A stretch of 10,279 nt of DNA, from assembly GCA_018824465.1 (NCBI GenBank), contig JAHJGJ010000331.1, positions 1-10,279 on the forward strand, read 5' to 3'. The translations under genes were made by a program, and so were the position numbers. This document shows, piece after piece, positions 1-6,018 of this stretch (within the stretch, counting starts at the first letter, position 1; every line of letters starts with the position of its first letter). The stretch comes from Myxococcota bacterium (GTDB taxonomy: Bacteria > Myxococcota_A > Bradymonadia > UBA7976 > UBA1532). The notes below the pieces were generated by a model that did not search any database, was not told where the DNA came from, and saw nothing but the letters and a program-made list of their open reading frames with translations.

Positions 1-1522
1 CAGCGCGCGGCGGAGATAAGGGCTGGGCCCGCGCTGGCTCAATGGCGCGCGCCGCGCCGCGCGGGGGCGGATCAAAGGCCCGCGTCTCCTCGGCCTCAAA
101 GGGATCGTCGCCAGGGAAGGAGGCCGCGATGGAGTCATAGTCGGCGCCGACGACTTGGTGTCCGACGGCGAAGTCAGCGCGCGCCTGCCCGCCTTGAGGG
201 CTCGGCTGGGCGTAGCTGGGGGGCTGCTCGTAGGCGGGCTGGGCGTAGCTGGGCTGTTGCGGCTCGTAGTTGGGCTGCGGCTGGGCGTAGTTGGGCTGCG
301 GCTGGGCGTAGGCGGGCTGCGGCTGCTCATAGCTCGGCTGCTCGTAGGCGGGCTGCGGCTGCTCATAGCTCGGCTGCGCATAGCCGGGCTGCGGCTGCTC
401 ATAGCTGGGCTGGGCGTACGCGGAGCGGTAGGAGGGGTCCTCGACCACCTCCATCTCGTCATCGCCCAGCTCCATCAACTCAGAGATGAACTCGGGCTCC
501 ATCGAGCCGTGATCTTCAACCTCTGGGATCCGCATGATCACCGATTGGTTGTCGATGATGTAATCGTCGCGCCCTTGGAGGAGATCGCCCGCGCGCTGAT
601 CTTGGGCCTCATCAAACAGCACCTGCATCAGCTGGCTGAGGTGGCTCTTGTTAAACATCGTGCCGTAATCGCGCAGGAATCGCTCCAGATCCCGCTGCAT
701 ATGCTGGGCGGATGGATAGCGATCTTCACGCTCCCGCGCCAGCGCCTTCATCACGATGTCTTCAAGCTCGGTGGGGATCTCAGGGCGAACACGGCTGGGG
801 AGATCGATGTCGGCGCGGCGGACACGGCTGAGGAGGTTGACGTCGTCCTCGTCCTTGTAGAGCAATTCGCCCGTCAGCATCTCATAGAAGAGGATGCCCA
901 GGCTGAAGATGTCCGTGCGGTGATCCAGGCGCTCCCCCTTCGCCTGCTCAGGGGACATGTAGTAGAACTTGCCCTTGATGATCCCCGACTCCGTCTCCGT
1001 GGCCCGCGTCGCCGCCTTGGCGATGCCGAAGTCCACCACCTTCACGTCCCCCTCGAAGGAGAGGAGGATGTTCTGCGGCGAGATGTCGCGGTGGATGATC
1101 GAGAGCGGGCGACCTCGGCTGTCATTCTTGCGGTGGGCGTAGTCGAGACCGGCGAGGGCCTCCATGGCGATGTACGCGGCGGCGTCAATGGGGAAGACGA
1201 GGCGCTGATCCGTCAGCCGCCGCATCGCCCGATAGAGATCCTTGCCGTCGATGTACTCCATGGCGATGTAGTAGTGGTCTTCGAGCTTCCCCAGGTCATA
1301 GATCTGGACAATGTTGCTGTGGGTCAGCTCCACCGTGATGCGCGCCTCATCGATCAGCATCTCGATGAAGTCCGCGTCCTGGCTAAAGCGTGGGTGCAGG
1401 CGCTTGATGGCCAGGATCTTCTCAAAGCCGCCGAAGCCGGAGGCGCTGGCCCGAAAGATCTCGGCCATCCCGCCGATCGCCACGCGCTCTAGGAGGGTGT
1501 AACGCCCAAACTGCTCATTCAT
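1..1522 (-). CDS. Hanks-type Ser/Thr protein kinase, 3'-partial (C-terminus beyond window start). The N-terminal kinase domain is followed by an acidic linker and a Pro/Tyr/Gln-rich tandem-repeat tail.
   Basis: Minus-strand frame is open from the ATG at 1522..1520 to position 1, with no stop in the window; this is why the ORF track does not list it. Translation reads MNEQFGRYTLLERVAIGGMAEIF...ILAIKRL (Gly-loop plus VAIK Lys)...HRDISPQNILL (catalytic loop)...DFGIAKA (DFG)...YYMSPEQ (APE-like)...DIFSLGILFYEMLTG. Frame verified by hand at 421-478 (…SELMELGDDEMEVVEDPSYRS…). Confidence 0.85.
   Translation of the reverse strand, partial: MNEQFGRYTLLERVAIGGMAEIFRASASGFGGFEKILAIKRLHPRFSQDADFIEMLIDEARITVELTHSNIVQIYDLGKLEDHYYIAMEYIDGKDLYRAMRRLTDQRLVFPIDAAAYIAMEALAGLDYAHRKNDSRGRPLSIIHRDISPQNILLSFEGDVKVVDFGIAKAATRATETESGIIKGKFYYMSPEQAKGERLDHRTDIFSLGILFYEMLTGELLYKDEDDVNLLSRVRRADIDLPSRVRPEIPTELEDIVMKALAREREDRYPSAQHMQRDLERFLRDYGTMFNKSHLSQLMQVLFDEAQDQRAGDLLQGRDDYIIDNQSVIMRIPEVEDHGSMEPEFISELMELGDDEMEVVEDPSYRSAYAQPSYEQPQPGYAQPSYEQPQPAYEQPSYEQPQPAYAQPQPNYAQPQPNYEPQQPSYAQPAYEQPPSYAQPSPQGGQARADFAVGHQVVGADYDSIAASFPGDDPFEAEETRAFDPPPRGAARAIEPARAQPLSPPRA
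205..420 (-). repeat. In-frame tandem DNA repeats inside the kinase gene: an exact 21-bp unit x2 (266-286, 287-307), then a 36-bp unit x3 (308-343, 344-379 at 35/36 identity, 380-415 more diverged). They encode a PxY(A/E)QPQP-type peptide repeat (…PSYEQPQPAYEQPSYEQPQPAYAQPQPNYAQPQPNYEPQQPSYAQPAYEQPPSYAQ…).
   Basis: Direct reading of the plus strand: gtagttgggctgcggctgggc twice; gtaggcgggctgcggctgctcatagctcggctgc(t/g)c twice, followed by a third related copy. Confidence 0.8.
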
Positions 1523-1691
1523 CAGTCACTCGATCCGCTGCGGTCGAGCGGCGCAAGCGCCGCGCGCAGGATGCCTCCGGGGCCTCATAGACAGGCCGCA
1601 TTATGCGTAGATTGGGGGCGAGGCGCTAGCGCCGGGAGGAGAAAGCGCCCTCACCCTCGCGACACGGCCCGCCTCGCCCCCGCCTCACGCC

Positions 1692-3149
1692 GTGATCATG
1701 GTTGACGCTGGCAGGAGCGCCGCGCAAACTGCCGCCATGGGAAAAAAGTTCCCCGACTATGTCCCTCCAACACAGATCGCTTATCGAGATGATGGAGGCA
1801 CGACGCTTCACCTGCGGAAGTGTCGGCTCGCCGTGCAGCGCGGTGAACGCTGGGAGGAGACCATCTTCGACCAGACCACCATCACCATCGGCGCCATGGA
1901 GGACAATGACCTCACGCTGAGGGACGAGACGGTCAGCCGCTACCACTGTCGGATCTCTCAAGAGGGCAACGCCTACGTCCTCCAAGATCTCAACAGCACC
2001 AACGGCAGCTTCATCGACAAGGTGCGCATCAAGGAGGCCTACCTCACCCCCGGCTGCGTGCTCTCCTTGGGCAAGACCAAGATCCGCTTCCAGAGCGTGG
2101 ATGAGGAGGTCCATATTCGGCCGCTCAAGGACGAGCGGTTTGGGGAGATCATCGGGACAAACGTTCGGATGCGCGAGCTCTTCGGGATCTTGGAGAAGAT
2201 CGCCCCCAGCGACGCGACGGTGATCATCGAGGGGGAGACGGGCACCGGCAAGGAGGTCGTCGCCCGCACCATCCACGAGAAATCCCTGCGGGCCAAGCAG
2301 CCCTTTATCATCTTTGACTGCTCTGCTGTCCCCGAGAACCTGATCGAGTCTGAGCTTTTTGGTCATGAGAAGGGCTCCTTCACCGGGGCGATCATGGCCC
2401 GACCGGGCCTCTTTGAGATGGCCCATAACGGCACGATCTTCCTTGATGAGCTGGGCGAGCTGAGCGTGGACTTGCAGCCCAAGCTGCTGCGGGTCTTGGA
2501 GACGCGCGAGGTCCGCCGCGTCGGCGGCACCCGCTCGGTCAAGGTCAACGTCCGTGTCGTCGCCGCCACCAACCGCAAGCTCGAAGAGGAGGTCAAGGCG
2601 GGGCGCTTTCGTCAAGACCTCTACTATCGCCTCAGCGTGGTGCGCATCTTCCTGCCACCACTACGCGAGCGGCCCGAGGACATCCCCCTCCTCGTCCGCC
2701 ACTTCCTGCGCCAAGGCCGCTTTAACCGCGACGTGGACGGCCAGATGAAGGTCAAGGGCCTGTCGATCGACACGCTCAACCACCTGCTGCCTTACCCTTG
2801 GCCGGGCAACGTGCGCGAGCTGCTCAACGTCATGGAGCGGGCGTGCAGCTTCTGCGAGGGGGTCACGCTCAGCCCTGATGATCTGCCGCGGCACGTCATC
2901 GAGCAAGGCAGCCCGCCGCCCAGCGCGCCGCGCCGCCCCGCGCCGCCCTCGCGCCCGCCGATCAACCCGCTCGTCTCCTTCAAGGACGCCAAGGAGCAGA
3001 TCGTCTCGGACTTTGAGCGGGAGTACATCTTCGATCTCTTGCAGCGGCATCAATTTAACATCAGCCACGCCTCCCGAGAGGCCGACATTGATCGTAAATA
3101 CTTTAGAAAGCTGATGAAGAAGTACGAGATCGCCGCCCCGACGCGCTGA
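1692..3149 (+). CDS. σ54-dependent transcriptional activator (bacterial enhancer-binding protein) with an N-terminal FHA domain instead of a receiver domain. Domain order is FHA, then AAA+ σ54-interaction domain, then a Pro-rich linker and a C-terminal Fis-type HTH.
   Basis: FHA signature TIGAMEDNDLTL…VSRYHCRI…YVLQDLNSTNGSFID. Walker A GETGTGKE, Walker B FLDELGEL, σ54-contact loop EKGSFTGA (GAFTGA variant), ESELFGHEKG. Linker is GSPPPSAPRRPAPPSRPP. C-terminal HTH is ISHASREADIDRKYFRKLMKKY. Start is ambiguous: GTG 1692, ATG 1698 or ATG 1737 (MGKKFPDY…). None has a well-spaced SD. Confidence 0.9.
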   Translation: MIMVDAGRSAAQTAAMGKKFPDYVPPTQIAYRDDGGTTLHLRKCRLAVQRGERWEETIFDQTTITIGAMEDNDLTLRDETVSRYHCRISQEGNAYVLQDLNSTNGSFIDKVRIKEAYLTPGCVLSLGKTKIRFQSVDEEVHIRPLKDERFGEIIGTNVRMRELFGILEKIAPSDATVIIEGETGTGKEVVARTIHEKSLRAKQPFIIFDCSAVPENLIESELFGHEKGSFTGAIMARPGLFEMAHNGTIFLDELGELSVDLQPKLLRVLETREVRRVGGTRSVKVNVRVVAATNRKLEEEVKAGRFRQDLYYRLSVVRIFLPPLRERPEDIPLLVRHFLRQGRFNRDVDGQMKVKGLSIDTLNHLLPYPWPGNVRELLNVMERACSFCEGVTLSPDDLPRHVIEQGSPPPSAPRRPAPPSRPPINPLVSFKDAKEQIVSDFEREYIFDLLQRHQFNISHASREADIDRKYFRKLMKKYEIAAPTR

Positions 3150-3245
3150 GCCTCGGTCCGCCGCGCGCGCCCGCTGCGCGTGGTGGCTTTCAGCCGCCTC
3201 TTAGGCTACAACCCCTCAAATTCCCGAGAATTATAGGTCCCAGCC

Positions 3246-4562
3246 ATGACCCGATATCTCCCCAGGCTCATCGCGGCCCTCTGCCTGCTGAGCGGCGGCG
3301 CCTACGCCCAAGGTGAGGGCGGCGGGATCGACGTCCCCGTCAACCCCAGCGACGTGGCGCTGATCCAGCTGGCCGTGCCCAACGCCGTCAACCTCGGCGA
3401 TGTCCCCGACACGCGGGGGATCACCGAGGCCCTCTCCGGCACGGTGATCCGCGATTTACAGATCTCAGGGCACTTCAACTTTATCCCGCGCGGCGCCTAC
3501 CTCGTCGATCCCGCCAAGGAGGGCCTGGAGCCGGACTTCAAGGCCTGGTTCAACGCCGGCACGCAGGGGCTCATCAAGATCGGCTACCGGATCGAGGGCC
3601 AGCGCGTCTCGGTGGACATGCGCCTCTTCAGCGTCGATGGCAACGAGCGGATCACGCTGCCGGCGCCCTACCAAGCCGCCGCCGCCCTGCCCGTCGATCT
3701 GCCCCAGCTGCGCGCCCACGCCCACGGCTTCGTCAACGAGGTGCTGCGCTACTACACAAAGTCGCCCGGCTTCTTCCTCAGCAAGATCGTCTTCGTCAAG
3801 CGGCTCAAGCGGGGCAAAGCCATCTACACCGTCTCCCCCGATGGCTACGATGAGGCGCGGATCACCCAAGGCGACAGCATCAACATGCTGCCGAGCTGGC
3901 GTGGGGGGCGGATTTACTTCACCAGCTTCCGCAACGGCGGCGTCCACCTCTTCACCTACAGCGGCGGCCATGTCCGCCCCTTCGCCGCCTACGAGGGGCT
4001 CAACACTGGCGCCAAGCTCTCCCCGGACGGCAAGACCATCGCCTGCACGCTCAGCAAGGACGGCAACCCGGAGATCTACCTCCTCAACGGGGCCACCGGC
4101 GAGGTGATCAAGCGCCTGACGAACCACTGGGGCATCGACACCAGCCCCACATGGTCCCCCGACGGCCAGCGCATCGCCTTTGTCAGCGATCGTCACGGCA
4201 CCCCGCAGATCTGGGTGATGGACGCTGGCGGCGGCAATCAAAAGCGGCTGACCTTCCAAGGCGAGTACAATCAGACCCCTGCGTGGAGCCCACGCGGCGA
4301 TAAGATCGCCTTCACCGCGCGTGATGAGCGCAATGTCTTTGATATCTTTACGGTGGCCGTGGCGGACGGGGCCTTGGAGCGGTTGACGCAGAACCAAGGC
4401 AACAATGAGCAGCCCTCATGGTCCCCCGATGGCCGTTATCTCGTGTTCTCCAGCACCCGAAACGGCGAATCCAAGCTCTATATCACCAACGCGGATGGCC
4501 GCGTGCAGACCCAAATCAGCACAGGCAAGGGCGAGTACCTCACGCCCTTCTGGCAGCGTTGA
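3246..4562 (+). CDS. tolB: TolB, the periplasmic β-propeller component of the Tol-Pal system.
   Basis: Signal peptide MTRYLPRLIAALCLLSGGAYAQ. N-terminal TolB domain (…IRDLQISGHFNFIP…). Six-bladed propeller with repeated [WL]SPDG motifs (LSPDGKT, WSPDGQR, WSPRGDK, WSPDGRY). Strong resemblance to E. coli TolB (…PTWSPDGQRIAFVSDRHGTPQIWVMD…). Confidence 0.93.
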   Translation: MTRYLPRLIAALCLLSGGAYAQGEGGGIDVPVNPSDVALIQLAVPNAVNLGDVPDTRGITEALSGTVIRDLQISGHFNFIPRGAYLVDPAKEGLEPDFKAWFNAGTQGLIKIGYRIEGQRVSVDMRLFSVDGNERITLPAPYQAAAALPVDLPQLRAHAHGFVNEVLRYYTKSPGFFLSKIVFVKRLKRGKAIYTVSPDGYDEARITQGDSINMLPSWRGGRIYFTSFRNGGVHLFTYSGGHVRPFAAYEGLNTGAKLSPDGKTIACTLSKDGNPEIYLLNGATGEVIKRLTNHWGIDTSPTWSPDGQRIAFVSDRHGTPQIWVMDAGGGNQKRLTFQGEYNQTPAWSPRGDKIAFTARDERNVFDIFTVAVADGALERLTQNQGNNEQPSWSPDGRYLVFSSTRNGESKLYITNADGRVQTQISTGKGEYLTPFWQR

Positions 4563-4566
4563 GGTG
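4561..4566 (+). promoter_or_regulatory. Shine-Dalgarno (GAGGTG) for pal, overlapping the tolB stop codon. This indicates translational coupling of tolB and pal.
   Basis: GAGGTG at 4561-4566 with a 3-nt spacer to the ATG at 4570. The tolB TGA is at 4560-4562. Confidence 0.6.
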
Positions 4567-4569
4567 AAC

Positions 4570-5265
4570 ATGCGCTCGTGGACATGGATCGCGCTCAGCC
4601 TGCTCGTTATCAGCTGCGGCGGCCCCCCGCAGAGAGAACTCAGCGAGGTGGACTTGGCGATGAAGGAGGCGGTGTTGGCCCAGCGCTGCGCCCCCGAGGA
4701 GTACGCCGCCGCCCAACGGATGCAGCAGAAGGCCAACCAGCTCTCCAAGGACGGCAAGTACGACGAGGCCAAGGTGACAGCCATCGCCGCCAAGAAGCTC
4801 TATGAGGAGGCGCAGAAGAAGGCGGCGGCGCGCCGCGAGGAGTGCTTCAAGCCCAAGAACGGCGTCGAGCCCAAGGGCGTCAAGGCGTTCTTGGAGGAGG
4901 ACAAGAACGCCGCGGCCCTCGACGCCACGGCGGGCAGGGGCCTACAGACCGTCTTCTTTGACTTCAACGCCTTCGAGGTCAACGCCAGTAATCGCGAGGT
5001 CCTCAACCACAACGCGCAGTGGATCAACGCCCGCCCCGACAAGAAGATCACGCTGTCGGGGCACGCCGATGAGCGTGGCAGCAGCGAGTACAACTTGGCC
5101 TTGGGCGAGAAGCGCGCGCTCGTCGTCAAGCGCTACCTCATCACCCTCGGCGTCAACGGCGATCGGCTCAGGACGATGAGCTTCGGTGAGGAGATGCCCC
5201 TGGAGCTGGGCAATAACGAGGCGGCCCACGCCCATAACCGCCGCGTCGAGCTCGCCTCGAACTGA
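4570..5265 (+). CDS. pal: Peptidoglycan-associated lipoprotein Pal (OmpA-like C-terminal domain). It has an unusually long N-terminal region of ~110 aa that is helical and Lys/Ala/Glu-rich.
   Basis: Lipoprotein signal MRSWTWIALSLLVISC with lipobox L-V-I-S-C. C-terminal OmpA/Pal motif …VFFDFNAFEV…ITLSGHADERGSSEYNLALGEKRALVVKRYL…HAHNRRVEL. The 4405 start given by the ORF track would overlap tolB by 158 nt and has no signal peptide. Confidence 0.9.
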   Translation: MRSWTWIALSLLVISCGGPPQRELSEVDLAMKEAVLAQRCAPEEYAAAQRMQQKANQLSKDGKYDEAKVTAIAAKKLYEEAQKKAAARREECFKPKNGVEPKGVKAFLEEDKNAAALDATAGRGLQTVFFDFNAFEVNASNREVLNHNAQWINARPDKKITLSGHADERGSSEYNLALGEKRALVVKRYLITLGVNGDRLRTMSFGEEMPLELGNNEAAHAHNRRVELASN

Positions 5266-5280
5266 GCCCTTGGAGCGCCC

Positions 5281-6018
5281 ATGCCCCTCTTCCTGCTCAC
5301 CAACGATGATGGCTACGGCGCGCCTGGCCTGGAGGCGCTGGCCGCCGCGCTGAGCCCGCTGGGCGAGGTCGCCATCATCGCCCCCGATCGCGAGCGCTCC
5401 GGCTGCGCGCGCAGCATCAGCCTTCACCACCCGCTGCGGATCAGCCCCCGAGGGCCGCTGCGCTGGGCCATCAGCGGCACGCCCAGCGACGCCGTCTATG
5501 TGGGCATCCACCACCTCTTGCCGCGCCCCCCCGATCTGGTCCTCAGCGGGATCAACCGAGGGCCCAACTTGGCCGAGGACATCCACTACTCGGGCACGGC
5601 GGCGGGGGCCATCGAGGGGGCCATGAACGGGCTGCGGGCGGCGGCGCTGAGCCTCAGCGCGGGCGCGGACTACAGCCACATCGCCGCCTTCGCCGCGCGG
5701 CTGGCGGCGTGGATGCTCAAGCGCCCCGCGCCGCTGATCCTCAACGTCAACGCGCCGCAGGGCGCGCCCAAGGGCGTCCGCTTGGCGCCGCTGGGGCGGC
5801 GCGACTACAGCCACACCGTCGAGGCGCGCGTCGATCCCCGGGGCAAGCCCTACGTCTGGATTGGCGGGGCGTTGGGGTTCAAGCCGACGCCTGGCAGCGA
5901 CTGCGATCTCAACGCGGAGGGCTACCTCACGCTGACGCCGCTGCGCTTGGATCAGACCGATCATCAAGCGCTGGGCGCCTTAGAGGGCTTGGACTTGGAG
6001 GCGGAGGGGCTTACTTGA
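5281..6018 (+). CDS. surE: 5'/3'-nucleotidase SurE (stationary-phase survival protein).
   Basis: N-terminus MPLFLLTNDDGYGAPGLEALA…VAIIAPDRERSGCARSISL. Motifs SGINRGPNLAEDIHYSGTAAGAIEG and EGYLTLTPLRLDQTDH are all canonical SurE. GGAG SD sits 7 nt upstream of the ATG. The gap of only 15 nt after pal suggests a tolB-pal-surE operon. Confidence 0.92.
   Translation: MPLFLLTNDDGYGAPGLEALAAALSPLGEVAIIAPDRERSGCARSISLHHPLRISPRGPLRWAISGTPSDAVYVGIHHLLPRPPDLVLSGINRGPNLAEDIHYSGTAAGAIEGAMNGLRAAALSLSAGADYSHIAAFAARLAAWMLKRPAPLILNVNAPQGAPKGVRLAPLGRRDYSHTVEARVDPRGKPYVWIGGALGFKPTPGSDCDLNAEGYLTLTPLRLDQTDHQALGALEGLDLEAEGLT

Noticed and set aside
155-1492. 445-aa plus-strand ORF (repetitive GLRL/VGG low-complexity protein).
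   Set aside because: Antisense to the Ser/Thr kinase, which has unmistakable catalytic motifs on the minus strand. It is open only because of high GC and the in-frame tandem repeats. It has no motifs, and no start context.
1626-2615. 329-aa minus-strand ORF.
   Set aside because: Lies antisense within the well-supported FHA-σ54 activator gene. Typical Ala/Arg/Gly/Asp-rich high-GC shadow ORF.
3150-3245. σ54-like GG-N-GC pattern (tggtggctttcagcc) and a σ70-like promoter upstream of tolB.
   Set aside because: The GG/GC spacing is 9 rather than 10, and there is no TGGCAC. Candidate -35/-10 hexamers are poor or mis-spaced. Only the small AATTC-N4-GAATT palindrome is noted, under the tol-pal finding.
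3465-4397. 310-aa minus-strand ORF, plus the 156-aa plus-strand ORF at 3637-4107.
   Set aside because: Both are shadow frames of tolB, whose signal peptide and propeller repeats fix the real frame.
4405-5265. 286-aa version of the pal ORF starting at 4405.
   Set aside because: It would overlap tolB by 158 nt in another frame, and its N-terminus is not signal-like. The internal ATG at 4570 has a GAGGTG SD and a textbook lipoprotein signal with lipobox.
4942-5967. 341-aa minus-strand ORF, plus the 148-aa plus-strand ORF at 5709-6155.
   Set aside because: Antisense or off-frame relative to surE and the 3' end of the MVP gene. Arg/Ala/Gly-rich composition typical of GC shadow ORFs.
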